Of a stretch of 56,102 nt of DNA, positions 11,635 through 24,269 are shown in pieces. The stretch covers positions 1 to 56,102 of the forward strand of contig JAXLNO010000083.1 of the NCBI GenBank assembly GCA_038087875.1. The letters are read 5' to 3'. The stretch is from Malacoraja senta (lineage: Eukaryota). Each line of letters begins with the position of its first letter. The first letter of the stretch is position 1. Both the position numbers and the translations under genes were made by a program. The notes beneath the pieces were generated by a model. The model had not been told where the DNA came from. It saw nothing but the letters and a program-made list of their open reading frames with translations, and ran no database searches.

Positions 11635-12410
11635 GGTGTACCGAGGTACAGTGAAAACCTTTTGTTGCGGGCTAACCAGTCAACGGAAAGACACTACATG
11701 CTTACAATCGAGCCTTCCACATGATAAAGGGAATATCGTCAATATTGTTTAGTGCAAATAAAGCTAGTAAAGTCCGATCAAAGATAGTCTGAGGGTCTCC
11801 AAATAGGTAGATAGTAGTTCAGGACTGCTCTCTAGTTGCTGGTAGTGTGATTCAGTTGCCTGATAACAGCTGGGAAAAACTGTCCCTGAATCTGGAGGTG
11901 TGCGTTTTCACACTTCCGTATCTTTTGCCTGCCGGGAGAAGAGAGAAGACAATAGACAATAGACAATAGGTGCAGGTGTAGGCCATTCGGCCCTTCGAGC
12001 CATTCAATGTGATCATGGCTGATCATCCATAATCAGTACCCCGTTCCTGCCTTCTCTCCATATGCCTTAATTCCGCTATTCCTAAGAGCTCTATATAACT
12101 CTCTCTTGAAAGCATCCAGAGAACCAGCCTCCACCGCCCTCTGAGGCAGAGAATTCCACACACTCACAACTCTCTGTGTGAAAATGTTTTACCTCATCTC
12201 CGTTCTAAATGGCTTACCACTTATTCTTAAACTATGGCTCCTGGTTCTGGACTCCCCCAACATTGGGAACATGTTTCCTGCCTCTAGTGTGTCCAAACCC
12301 TTAATAATCTTATATGTTTCAATAAGAAGAGGGAGTGGCCAGGGTGTGACTCATCCTTGATTGTGCTGGTGGCCTTGCCGATGCAGCGTGAGGTCTAAAT
12401 GGAGTGATGC
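11635..12410 (-). mobile_element. Rex1/Babar 3' end split by a CR1
   Basis: Rex1 3' UTR and ORF end at 11635-11949, resuming at 12325 (agaagagggagtggccagggtg). Confidence 0.8.
11950..12324 (-). mobile_element. CR1 3' end inserted in Rex1
   Basis: (caataga)n tail and CR1 C-terminal coding sequence. agaaga is repeated at both junctions (11944-11949, 12325-12330). Confidence 0.85.
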
Positions 12411-13687
12411 ATCCCGATTCCAAAATGTGACATTATCAGCAAGATATTACTTTTGTGTCTAGGATCATAGAATTGTTGAAGGCTTATTGTTACAGCCCAT
12501 CATTGAACATACAGTATGAATGGGTTTTCTCTGGATGGTCCGATTTCCTCCCACATTCCAATGACGTACAGGTTTGTAGGCTTCGGTAAAAAAATTGTAA
12601 CTTGTCCCTAGTGTGTGGGACAATTTCGCTTTGGGTGAGAGGTGTGGGAGAAGTTGCTGGGTGTTTAAAAGAAAAAAAATGGTACTGATAAACAAGGCAA
12701 GACTTTTACAATAACAAAGCAGTAAGTGATGCATGGCAAAAACCCCAGGAGTTGTCAAAAGAATATATATAAAAACACCGCAATAACACAGAAAATGCAT
12801 TAGAAGCAAAAACAGCAGGATTATGGAAATCATATGCCATGTCTGACAACAGCAAGGGCTGAAAGCAATTCATATGAGCCAAATCATCTCATATCAACCC
12901 ACAGTACTCTTTGAAGGCAAACCTTAGACTTCAGAGTAGTGCGGTGCGTGGATCCCATCTGCTGAAACCTCCTACACAATATGACGAGCGATCTGTACAT
13001 CTGTACAGAAAAGTGTTCTGCAAGACTTTGATGCCAACAGATGTTCGAGGGCAGTGCAGGCGAACCGGCGTGTGGCAACTTCAGATCATATATGAAGATA
13101 CACCACGTTTACTTTGAAGGACCATGTGCAGTGATCGATCGCCCGGGGGCCTAATGGATAAATGTGTGCTGCTAATGACGCTCCTGCTTCCTTTTACAGA
13201 GCAATGTGAAGGCAGTGCTCTGTAGATGATGAAAGGGGGAGCACTGCACACCATGAGCTGATGATCACCACCCACACTTGAACCAAGCGCAAACATAAGT
13301 GCAAGCACTTGCAAGAATGAGATTGTGCGTTGCATGGGTTAATGCAGTTACGTTAATGTCCCTCACTCCGAAGCCAATGCAAGTACTGTTGGAATTGCAT
13401 ATGTTGTTAAAACAGGTGGGGGGAGTGAAAGCTGAGGTTTGTGGCTGTGGGTTTGAAGGGAGGTTGTTCATGCGAGAGGGGACAAGAGCAGGATAGACTG
13501 AGGTTCATCTGAATGATTGCAGTGTGGATTAGCTCTCAGTCAGGCATTGGCTCAGATACCCATCCCATTCTCCCTTAAAATTAAATTACTGAAGCATAGG
13601 GCTGAAGACATGGCAGGTGAGTGGGCGGCCAGAAACAGTGACTTGGTTGGCATTCACACCAGTGACAATTCTTTACTGTCACATCTT

Positions 13688-16045
13688 AGAAACATAGAAA
13701 CATAGAAACATAGGTGCAGGAGGAGGCCATTTGGCTCTTCGAGCCAGCACCGCCATTCATTGTGATCATGGCTGATCGTCCCCTATCAATAACCCGTGCC
13801 TGCCTTCTCCCCATATCCCTTGACTCCACTAGCCCCCAGAGCTCTATCTAACTCTCTCTTAAATCCACCCAGTGACTTGCCCTCCACTGCCCTCTGTGGC
13901 AGGGAATTCCATAAATTCACAACTCTCTGGGTGAAAAAGTGTTTTCTCACCTCAGTCTTAAATGACCTCCCCTTTATTCTAAGACTGTGGCCCCTGGTTC
14001 GGGACTCGCCCAACATTGGGAACATTTTTCCTGCATCTAGCTTGTCCAGTCCTTTTATAATTTTATATGTTTCTATATGATCCCCCTCATCCTTCTAAAC
14101 TCCAGTCAATCCAAGTCTAGTCTTTTCAATCTTTCCTCATATGACAGTCCCGCCATCCCAGGGATCAATCTCGTAAACCTATGCTGCACTGCCTCAATCA
14201 CAAGGATGTCCTTCCTCAAATTAGGAGACCAAAACTGTGCACAATACTCCAGATGTGGTCTCACCAGAGCCCTATACAACTGCAGAAGAACCTCTTTACT
14301 CCTATACTGAAATCCTCTTGTTATGAAGGCCAACATTCCATTAGCTTTCTTCACTGCCTGCTGTACCTGCACGCCAACTTTCAGTGACCGGTGTACAAGG
14401 ATACCCAGGTGTCGCTGTACCTCCCCCTTACCTAACCTAACCCCATTGAGATAATAATCTGCCCCCTTGTTTTTGCCGCCAAAGTGGATAACCTCACATT
14501 TATCTATATTATACTGCATCTGCCACGCATCTGCCCACTCACTCAACCTGTCCAGGTCACCCTGCAACCTCCTAACAACCTCTTCACAGTTCACACTGCC
14601 ACCCAGCTTTGTGTCATCTGCAAACTTGCTAGTGTTGCTCCTAATTCCCTCTTCCAAATCATTAATATATATGGTAAACAATTGCGGCCCCAACACCGAG
14701 CCTTGTGGCACTCCACTCGCCACTGCCTGCCATTCTGAAAAGGACCCATTCACTCCTACTCTTTGCTTCCGGTCTGCCAACCAATTTTCTATCCATGTCA
14801 ACACCCTACCTCCAATACCATGTGCTCTAATTTTAGTCACCAGTCTCCCGAGCGGGACCTTATCAAAGGTTTTCTGAAAGTCTAGATACACTACATCCAC
14901 TGGCACCCCTTCATCCATTTTACTTGTCACATCCTCAAAAAATTCCAGAAGATTAGTCAAGCATGATTTCCCTTTCATAAATCCATGTTGACTTGGACTA
15001 ATCCTTTTACCGCTATCCAAATGCCCCATTATTACCTCTTTAATAATTGACTCCAGCATCTTTCCCACCACCGAAGTCAGACTAACTGGTCTGTAATTTC
15101 CCGTTTTCTCTCTCGCTCCTTTCTTGAAAAGTAGGATAACATTAGCTATCCTCCAATCCACAGGAACTGATCCTGAATCTATTGAACATTGGAAAATGAT
15201 CACCAATGCGTCCACTATTTCTAGAGCCACCTCCCTGAGGACCCTGGGATGCAGACCATCAGGCCCAGGGGATTTATCATCCTTCAGTCCCATTAGCCTA
15301 CCCAATACTATTTCTTGCCTAATGAAAATTTCTTTCAGTTTCTCTACCCCCTTAGATCCTCTGTCCTCCAGTACATCTGGGAGATTGTTTGTGTCTTCCT
15401 TAGTGAAGACAGATCCGAAGTACCTATTCAACTCTTCTGCCATTTCCTTGTTGCCCATAATAATTTCACCCGTGTCTGCCTTCAAGGGACCCACATTTGA
15501 CTTTGCTACTCTTTTTCCCTTAACATATCTAAAGAAGTTTTTACTGTCCTTCTTTATATTCCTGGCCAGCTTCCCCTCGTACTTCATCTTTTCAGCCCGT
15601 ATTGCCCGTTTTGTTTCCTTCTGTTGTCCTATGAAAGTTTACCAATCCTCTGGCTTCCGGCTACTCTTTGCTGTGTTATACATCTTTTCTTTTAGTTTTA
15701 TTCTATCCCTAACTTCTCTTGTCAGCCACGGTTGCCTCCTACTCCCCTTAGAATCTTTCTTCCTTTTTGGAATGAAATTATCCTGCGTCTCCCGGATTAT
15801 GCCCAGAAATTCCTGCCATTGCTGTTCCACCGTCATTCCTGCTAGAATCCCTTTCCAGTCTACTTTGGCCAGCTCCCCCCTCATGCCTTCATAGTCCCCT
15901 TTGTTCAACTGCATCACTGCAACTTCCGATTTAACGTTCTCCTTCTCAAATTGCAGGTAAAAACTAATCATATTATGATCACTACCTCCAAGCGGTTCCT
16001 TTACATCGAGTTCTCTTATCATATCTGGTTCATTGGACAACACTA
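13688..16045 (-). mobile_element. CR1 LINE, 5'-truncated, young
   Basis: Near-continuous ORF2 pieces 15639-16073, 14106-15587 and 13786-14025, with an (agaaacat)n tail at 13688-13712. Confidence 0.95.
14106..15587 (-). pseudogene. CR1 ORF2 reverse transcriptase domain (493 aa open segment)
   Basis: KSPGPDG, NYRPVSLTS, QHGF, LDFQK.FD, GVPQGSVLGP and FADD motifs. Stops or frameshifts occur on both sides. Confidence 0.93.
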
Positions 16046-16099
16046 AGAAGAATGATCCCTTAACTTCTCTCATTCTTGGCTGATTGGCACCATATATGG

Positions 16100-16270
16100 T
16101 GTGGAAACAAGGAACTGCAAATGCTGGTTTACAAATGAAAAAGACACAAAGTGCTGGATTAAGTCAGCAGGTCAGGCAGCATCTCGGGAGAACATGTATA
16201 GGTAACGTTTCGGGTCGAGGGTCCTGAGTCAGGTCGGGTCGGATTGCTGAGTTACTCCAGCACTTTGTTG
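16100..16270. mobile_element. Penelope-derived units in inverted arrangement
   Basis: A minus-strand copy (gacacaaagtgctgga...acgtttcgggtcgag) is followed by plus-strand gctgagttactccagcactttgt. Confidence 0.7.
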
Positions 16271-16802
16271 TTATCAGGCTACTAAATCATCCTCTCACCA
16301 GCGAGAGGGCGGTCCTGACCTCCCATCCACCCCGTGCACTCAGCACCCATAGTCAGGATCAAAGCTGGGTCTCTGGCGCTGCAAGGCAGCAATTCTACTG
16401 CTGTGCTACTTGCTGCCCCTGTGGCTGCAGTCCAGTAACTGTGGTTTCTGAGTAAAGCCATGATGAGTTGATGGTGGAGGGAGTGACTGTTTGGGGTGGT
16501 GGACAAGGGGCCACAGGGTGAGCTGCTTTACTATGGACAGTGTAAAGTTTTTCGACTGCGTTGGAGCTGCCACCCATCCAAATGCACAAGTGAAGAATGC
16601 CTCATCACACACTTGGACACCCTGCAGATGATGGGAATGGGGAAACATGGTACATCACTGGGACTGGGCAAAGAATGTCATACATCTAACCTGCTTTGGC
16701 ACAATGGTGCGTCCATTTATGGTTTTCATCACAAGCAACCCCAGCCCACCACCTACACGAGCTTTGGATGTGGATACTTAAAGATGATAACCTAAATAAT
16801 CT

Positions 16803-17460
16803 CTAATGCTGGGGCTTTATAAGGTGCTGGTCAGACTGCATTTGGAGTATTGTGAGCAGGTTTGGGCCCCATATCTGAGGAAGGAAATGCTGGCATTGCA
16901 GAGGGTCCAGAGCATGTTTTCGAGAATGACCCCGGGGATGATTGGGATAACTTATGAGGAGCATTTGATGGCACTGAGCCAGTACACGCTGTAGTTTAGA
17001 AGGATGAGAAGGGGACCTCATTGAAATTTACTGAATAGTGAAAGGACTGTTTAGAGTGGATGTGGAGAGGATGTTTCCACTAGTAAGAGAGTCTAGAACC
17101 AGAGGGCATAGTCTCAGAATTAAAGGACGTACTTTTAGAAAAGAAATGAGGAGGAATTTCTTCAGTCAGATGATGGAAATTCATTTCCACAGATGGCCGT
17201 GGAGGCCAATGCATTGGGTATTTTTAATGCAGAGATTAACAAATACTTGGTAGACACAAAATGCTGGAGTAGCTCAGTTGGAAAGGCAGCATCTCTGTAT
17301 CTTAATCTTAACCTTGACAAATACTTGATTGGTAAGGATGTCAAGGGTTATGGGGAGAAAGCAGAAGAATAGGGTTGAGAGGGATAGATAGATTAACCAT
17401 GATGGAATGGCAGAGTAGACCGATGGGCCCAATGGCCTACTTCTGCTCCTATGACTTGTG
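16803..17460 (+). mobile_element. CR1 3' fragment with a small Penelope-derived insert at 17250-17316
   Basis: LYKVLVRLHLEYC and RTRGHSL motifs. The insert is flanked by acaaatacttg (17239-17249, 17317-17327). Confidence 0.85.
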
Positions 17461-17499
17461 AACCCAAATAGTAACAGGCAAAGCTGATGCCAGGCATTA

Positions 17500-18070
17500 A
17501 GCCTGATCAGGAAGAAAATTATGCAACTCCGAAAGACTTTAGTTAGGCTGCTTTTGGAGCATGGCTGATCTGGTTGCTCCATTACATGAAGGATATTGAG
17601 GCTTTGAGAAGATAACCAGAATGCTGCCTGCATAAGGGGGATATTTGGCTACAGGATAAGGAGAGACTGAACTGGTTTTGATTGTTCTTTTGCTGGAGGT
17701 TGAGTGGAGACCTGAGAAAAGTATTTAAAAGTCATGAAAGGCACAGATAGAGTCGACAGTCAGAACCTTTCTCCCTGGGTGGAAATATCAAAGTCTCGAG
17801 AGTATGGCTTTAAGGTGAGAGGGGAAAGTTTAAAGGAGATGTGCAGGGCAACATTTTTTACACAGACGATGGTGGGACCCTGGAACGCACTGCCAGGAGT
17901 TATTTAAGAGGTGTTTAGATAGACACATGGATAACCAGGGAATGGAGGGATATGGATCATGTACAGGAAGGGGAGATTAGTTTAACTTGGCATCTTCTTC
18001 GGCATGGACATTATGGGCTGAAGAGCCTGTTCCTGTGTTGTGCGATACTGCATTATGTTCTGTTTGTTCT
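17500..18070 (+). mobile_element. Old degraded CR1 3' fragment
   Basis: ggagacctga..., tttaaggtgagagggg...tttaaaggagatgtg and the 3' UTR motif gggctgaagagcctgttcctgtg. Confidence 0.7.
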
Positions 18071-18559
18071 ATGAGTGTAATTATGGCACCCAACTTGGTT
18101 TCAGAATGTGCTTAAGTTCTTTCCTCCCCATCCATCCACAGAATTTCCAGTACTCTTCCTTAGATAGAATGACAACTTATTATCTGCCTCAGCCGCAATA
18201 CAAGATTTCAGAACAGTTCATCTAAAAGACTAACGTATAATACCACACTCCCCCAGAACTGTGCTAAAAGACTAGCTTGTATAATGCAAAACTCCCCCAG
18301 CCTGTCAAGGGCACTCAAGATTCACTGGGCCTTGAATTTCCATTTTGAACAGTTACATGTACTGGAAGATGAGAGACCCTGTCACTTGATCTGTTGATTA
18401 GGCAGACACTCACAAATATTATATGCGGAGGAGTAAATGTGAGGTATTTTTGCACACCAGTTTGCAAATTCAAATGGATCTTTATATAACACATGAATTA
18501 TCTACACCGTGTGGGCTGCCCATCTCTTTTTTTGGACCTTGCCACAGATAATCTGCTTA

Positions 18560-18905
18560 CTATTTGAACATAGAAGTTGGGAGGTCATGTTGCAATTGTA
18601 TAAGATGTTGGTGAGGCCATGTTTTGAGTATTGTGTTCAATTTGGTCACCATGTTATAGGAAATATGTTGTCAAGCTGGAAAGAGTGCAGGGAAGATTTG
18701 GAAGGATGTTGCCAGGACTTGAGGGGCTGAGTTACAGGGAGTGGTTGAGCAGACTAAGACTTCATTCCTTGGAGTGCAGGAGGAAGAGGGGTGACCTTAT
18801 ATGGGTGTACAAAAATATGAGAGGAAGAGATTGGGTAAACGCACAGTCTTTTGCCCAGAGTAGGAGAATCGTGAACCAGAGGACATAGGTTTAAGGTGAG
18901 GGGAG
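18560..18905 (+). mobile_element. CR1 ORF2 fragment
   Basis: RSWEVMLQLYKMLVRP / WSPCYRK..KLERVQ..LPGLEGLSYRE. Confidence 0.85.
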
Positions 18906-18974
18906 ATTTGCATGCCATCCAATCAAATCAGATAATGCTGTACATAAATACAATAAAGCCATACTCTAGGAAAG

Positions 18975-19437
18975 TTTAACTCTCCTTCACAATCCCATAC
19001 TGAGCTTTCTGTCCTGGGCCTCCTCCACTGTCAAAGTGAGGTCACACGCTAATTGGTGGAACAGCACTTCATAGTTCGCAAGAGCAGCTTACAACCCAGT
19101 GGTATGAACATTGATTTCTCTAATTTCAAGTAACTCCTGCATCCACTCCCACCTCCCGTCCCTCTTTCCCTTCCCCTCTCCCCCACCTTAGTCATCCTAC
19201 CAGTTACGGTGTGTGCATCATGGTATCCCTCGCATTAGCACCTCATTATGGACTCCATCCTTCATGAGGTCATCTGTGGCCGGACTTGATTTGTTCTGGC
19301 CTTTTCTCGCCTCCAATTCTCTTCCACCCACATCTATCTTTCAGTCTGAAGATGGGTTCCGGCCCGAAACATCACCTATTTCTTTTCTCCAGAGATGCTG
19401 CCTGACCAGCTGAGTTACTCCAGCATTTTATGTCTAC
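18975..19437 (+). mobile_element. Penelope-like element 3' end (GIY-YIG C-terminus, 3' UTR, hammerhead-like motif)
   Basis: 18975-19133 translates FNSPSQSHTELSVLGLLHCQSEVTR*LVEQHFIVRKSSLQPSGMNIDFSNFK*, typical of the Penelope endonuclease end. CTGAAGA...GAAAC core at 19346-19370. Confidence 0.85.
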
Positions 19438-19449
19438 TAGTACCGTAGG

Positions 19450-20290
19450 TAGGTCAAATGCAAAAAGTGCAGAATGCACAATATAGTTCTCAGCATTGTA
19501 GCGCACCAGTTGTAGACACAAAATCCAATGTCCACAATGAAGTGAATCGGACGGTACCCTAACCTATGGATGGATCATTCAGTAGCCTGATAACAGAGGG
19601 GAAGAAGTTGTTACTGAGTCTGGTGGTGTGTGCTTTTAAGCTTCTGCATCTTCTGACCGATGGGAGCAGGAAGAAGGAGGAATGACTAGGGTGGGACAAG
19701 TCGTTGATTAAGTTGGCTGTTTTTCCAAGGCAGCATGAAGTATAGATGGAGTCATTGATGGGGAGTCTGGTCTGTGCGATGGACTGGGCAATATCCGCAA
19801 CTCTGCAATTTCTTGCGGCCTTGAGCAGAGCTGTTACCAAACCAAACTGCGATGTATCCCGACAGTTTGCTATGTATGGTGCATCTGTAGAAATTTGTTA
19901 GAGTCATTGGAGACAGGCAAGATTTCCTGAGTGTCCAGAGGAAGTAGAGGCATTGATGTGCTTTCTTGGCTGTCGCTTCAGTGCTTAGTTCAAGACAGAT
20001 TGTTGATAATATTGACTCCAAGGAACTTGAAATTCCCAACTATTTCCACTTTGGCAATGCTGATTGGAGCATATATTCCACCATCCTTCCTGAACTCAAT
20101 AACTAGCTTCTTCATCTTGCTGACACTGAGGAAGTGGTTATTGTCCTGCAGCGTGTTACTAAGTTCTCTACCTCCTTCCTGTACACCATCCTGTCATTGT
20201 TTGTGGTCCCTCCCACCACAGTGGTGCCACCAGCAAACTTGGGTTAGAGGTGAATGTGGCTGCACAGATGTGAGTGTATAAGGTGTATAT
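19450..20290 (-). mobile_element. Rex1/Babar LINE fragment
   Basis: ORFs 19752-20039 (KKAHQCLYFL..NFYRCTI.S.LSG.I.VWFGN) and 19559-19840. Confidence 0.85.
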
Positions 20291-20354
20291 GATCTCGTAC
20301 GCCTTCCGTGAAAGGCAGTGCCCTCCACCTTGGTAACATCACCTACCTTTAGAA

Positions 20355-20480
20355 ACATAGAAATGCGGATGCTATTTTACCAAAAAAAGACACAAAGTGC
20401 TGGAGTAACTCAGCGGGTCTGTCAGCATCGCTGGAGAACATGAATAGATGATGTTTAGCATCGGGACCCTTCTTTAGACT
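20355..20480 (-). mobile_element. Penelope-derived short unit
   Basis: gacacaaagtgctggagtaactcagcggg...gggacccttctttagact. Confidence 0.7.
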
Positions 20481-20549
20481 TAACTATTCGGTTGTTCTGC
20501 TCACCTTCCTCACTTCTCCCACCTTTACAGGGACACAAAGATGTGCAGA

Positions 20550-20858
20550 TTTACTTTAGTCTTTAGATACAGCACGGAAACAGGCCCTTCGGCCCACTGA
20601 ATCCACGCCGACCAGCGATCATCCCGTACACTAGCACCATCCTATACACTAGAGACAATTTACAATTTTACTAAAGCCAATTATCTTGCAAACCTGCACG
20701 TCTTTGGAGTGTGAAGGGAAACCGGAGCACCTGGAGAAAACCCACGTGGTCACAGGGAGAACGTACAGACTCTGCACAGACAGCACCCGCAGTCAGGATC
20801 GAATCTGAGTCACTGGTGCTGTAAGGCAGCAGCTCTACTGCTGCCCACTGTGCTGCCC
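20550..20858 (-). mobile_element. HE1/V-SINE-type SINE
   Basis: Full-length match to the other copies. Confidence 0.85.
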
Positions 20859-21169
20859 AACACAGAATGCTGCAGTAACTCAGCAGGTCAGGAGGAAATG
20901 GATTAATGATACTTTTATAGTCACATTCACTGGGGTGCAGTGAAATTATTTATTTGCACACAGTTTAGTACAAGTATTACAATACATAAGCACATCTTAT
21001 TTAGGAGGAAAGAAGATAAGACTTTATTGCCTTCCATCACAGTGAGGAATGTGGGGGAGCCGCCGTGGTGGATGTTTATGTTAACTTTTATGTGGTTGTG
21101 CGTCTTGTTGCTTTTTTTTCTGGTATGACTGTATGGTAAATCAAATTTCACTGTACCTTAAATGGTACA

Positions 21170-21458
21170 TGCCATCAGGTAGAAGGTACAGGAGCCTGAA
21201 ATCTGCAACATCCAGGTTCAGGAACAGCTTCTTCCTCACAGCCATCAGACTATTAAACAAAACTTCAAACCAACTCTGAACTATAACAGCCTATTGCACT
21301 TTATCTGATTATTGATGTGCGCATATATTTATTCTATGGTATATGGACACACTGATCTGATCTGTATTTATGACTACAATATCCTGTTGTGTTGCAGCAA
21401 TGCAAGAATTTCATTGTCCTATCTGGGACACATGACAATAAACTCTCTTGACTTGACT
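21170..21458 (+). mobile_element. Rex1/Babar 3' end, (CTTGA)n tail
   Basis: PSGRRYRSLKSATSRFRNSFF..AIRLLN translation, tail cttgacttgact. Confidence 0.8.
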
Positions 21459-21724
21459 ACACGTGACAATATAGGACCATTGAATGAACCGTTGAACCAT
21501 TGATCTTAGGACAGGCATCATTTCAGGACAGAACTGTTCTTCACCCTCACCTTTACAGAAATTAGCACAACCTAAAATGTGACCCCGTGCCCTCCGCCCA
21601 GAACAGCTCAGTTTCTTGCAACTGACCATCAATTCCAGGGTCTCATTCCTCTCAAGTAATCTCGTAGCTAACGCAGAACACAAAGTGCCTAGGAACTCGA
21701 CGGGTCTGGCAGCATCTGTGGAGA

Positions 21725-22103
21725 GGGGATCTCATTGAAACCTACCGGATAATGAAAGGCCTGGAGAGAGTGGACGTAGAACATAGTAATGGCAGAATCT
21801 AGAACCAGAGGGCACAGCCTCAGAATAAAAGGACATACTTTCAGGGTGGATATGAGGAGGAATTTCATAAACCAGAGGGTGGTAAATCTGTGGCATTCAT
21901 CACCATAGTCGGCAGTGTAGGCCAAGTCATTGGGTATTTTTAAAGAGGAGAGTGATAGGTTCTTAATTTGTAAAGGTGTCAAAAGCTATGGGGAGAAGAT
22001 AGAAGAATGGGGTTGAGAGGGAAATATAGATAAGCCACAATCGGATGGTGGAGTAGACTCGATAGGCTGAATGGGCTAATTCTGCTCCTAGGTATTATGG
22101 TAT
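21725..22103 (+). mobile_element. CR1 3' fragment
   Basis: gggatctcattgaaacctac...agaaccagagggcacagcctc, plus 3' UTR. Confidence 0.8.
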
Positions 22104-22109
22104 GAACTG

Positions 22110-22330
22110 ACGATATTTCGGATCGGGACCCTTCTTCATACTCCTACCTCTCCTACCTACCTAACCTCATACCTACCTTTAGCCCCTTGGACCCATCCCT
22201 ATTCCCAGTCTTCAACATTGACACCCATCCTGCATCTAATAGAAGGGTCTCCACGTGAAACGTCACCTGTTCCTTTTTCTCCAGAGATGCTGCCTGACCT
22301 CCTGAGTTACTCCACCACTTTGTGTCTACC
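22110..22330. mobile_element. Inverted pair of Penelope-derived units
   Basis: Minus-strand head at ~22110-22142 and plus-strand unit at ~22240-22330. Confidence 0.65.
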
Positions 22331-22429
22331 TTCCCTGAAGGGGATCCTTCCCTCCTCCTTCCCGCCTCTCCTCGCCCTTAACCCCCCCCCCCCCCCTCTT
22401 TCCCAAGTGTCTTTCAGTGGTTCACCCAT

Positions 22430-23860
22430 AGCCTAGGTGTTTAGCCGGTCTTTAGGCTGATGTAAATTCCCATCTGTGAATCACACGTTAAATGAGCAAT
22501 ATTAATGCAAGTTCCATTGCAGTTGCGGTATGTTTTGTTTTCATTTTTTTAATACATTATTTCACTGTGCAATCCGTCCGTTGCGGTTCGGTAGCTAAAA
22601 CAGCATGTTTTTTTGTCCCGCTCGTTCTCCCTCTCGGAGCTAGCTTGGGAGAGTGGTTAATTTACGATTCGTGGATGAGCTGGTATAAATAATAACCAGT
22701 GATGTACGACCGCACCGTATCAAAGCTGATTAAACAATCGTCCACGGCAGGGCTGTAAAATAACTGACACCAGTGGATATTTCATATCACAACACACACA
22801 CATACTCACACGCACACTCACACACACAACCTCACACACAGAATATGCTATTATCAGGATCGCGAGATGCAACAAAAAAAATGCAACTTTTCCCCCCACC
22901 CCCCTCCGAAGGAAGAGCACCTCCCCTCTAGTTTCGACTGTGCACGTTGCCGTTGAGAAACTGAGCTCGCCGCATCTCCTGTGAACAAGGAACAGTCGGT
23001 GGAGGGACTTGAACCATTACATAATTGTCAGATGTGTTTCCACACGAAAAGCAAAATCGGTTGAAACGGTACGGGTGACAAGAGATACCCACTGCCGCTT
23101 GCAGTTTTTGCCCCCCTCTGGGTTCCGGACAAAGTGGGGGGGTTTTGGGAGGGGGATGATCCTACTGAGCAGGCTTTCCTCGTGAATGTGAGCCCCCTTC
23201 TCTCTCCGCATCAGTGATGATAGCGACACACCAGAAGGTGATCACTAAATCCAGCATCCCGGTGAGCAAAATTGTACGTATCGTTCCCAGAAGGTAATTT
23301 TCTTTTATCTCCCTTCCTCTTTCTTGGGCGAGAGTCAACTTTGAGCGAATTTGATCTCGGGACCTTATTATTTTTTTGTTTGGTTAACGAGGGCGAAAGT
23401 TGCAAACTCTCTCTCCTTGGAAACCATCTCGAAATACACGCGGGTGAAACTCTCGGCGATCTTTTGCGTTTTGCCCAAGGGAACGGCCGTGTTCTACCTC
23501 CAATTCTAGTGCTTCGGGTCGTACAGAATGTTTTGTTTTCTGGTGAACGACTATCTTGAGGTTGTGTGTGTGTGCATGCGTAAACGATGGGACAATCGGG
23601 TGGACTTAGAGAATAGCACTAAATCCGAACCCTACAGGACCGGTCGGAAGATGGAAGCCATTGGCACATGAGCGCCCAGAGTTGAGCGCCTTGAAGGTGG
23701 GATGTGCGACAGAATTGGATGAAAATGGGCGACGGAGGTCCAGTAGGGCAGAAGGGTGAATAGAGACCATGGTCACACCATGAACGTGTCCTCGTCTCGT
23801 GTTTTGTGCGATGTTGCGTTGGAATTTTGTGGCAATTAGAAAAAAACATGTATTTGATCG
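22430..23860 (+). promoter_or_regulatory. TE-free CpG-rich island; candidate promoter, first exon and intron start
   Basis: No repeat family from this window occurs in it and CpG is visibly dense. TATAAATA at 22684-22691, a CA-rich tract at 22790-22840, and consensus donor AAG/GTAATT at 23293/23294. Confidence 0.55.
23217..23293 (+). CDS. Candidate first coding exon (MIATHQKVITKSSIPVSKIVRIVPR-), gene unidentified
   Basis: ATG with G at -3, open for 25 codons plus 2 nt up to a strong donor. Alternative donor CCG/GTGAGC near 23261. I recognise no homology. Confidence 0.3.
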
Positions 23861-24269
23861 GTCTGGTTGATCTGGTTCTGGTTGATTACTAGTCGACCTG
23901 GTGTTTGTGACCTGCGTGGGAACAGGGCAAACATCCGTGGCCAGTTGTAAGAGTTGATTCTGGGGCAGTCAGAATCTGAAATTGTAAGTGGACATTCCAA
24001 TAGTTATGTCAATGCCAAATCATGTATGGAAAAGCAGAGAGACTTTGAAGATTGACAATAGATCACCGCGATATACATATGGACATCGTCTCGGGTTTAT
24101 TGGTACAAATAACATTCTTATGGCCATAACAAATTCGATCATAAGTGGCAGGTGCAGAATGAGGCCATTCGACCCATCAAGTCTACTCCGCCATTCAATC
24201 ATTGCTGATCTATGTCTCCCTCCGTAACTCCGTTCGCCTGCCTTGTCCCCATAACCTCAGACCCCCGCA

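Noticed and set aside
13222..13265. C/D snoRNA or SECIS element (ATGATGA...CTGA)
   Set aside because: The box C to box D distance is only ~35 nt with no terminal stem, and the SECIS helix geometry is not met.
15124..15894. 256-aa plus-strand ORF and similar antisense ORFs over CR1 copies (e.g. 50511-50984, 52549-52992)
   Set aside because: They are antisense shadows of LINE ORF2 with no independent coding evidence.
16430..16800. Possible unique exon
   Set aside because: No coherent splice or ORF structure. It looks like an old degraded LINE remnant, although I could not assign the family.
23017..23849. Listed 64-95 aa ORFs in the CpG island as single-exon genes
   Set aside because: They are short, mostly start at non-ATG codons, overlap on both strands and have no recognisable domain.
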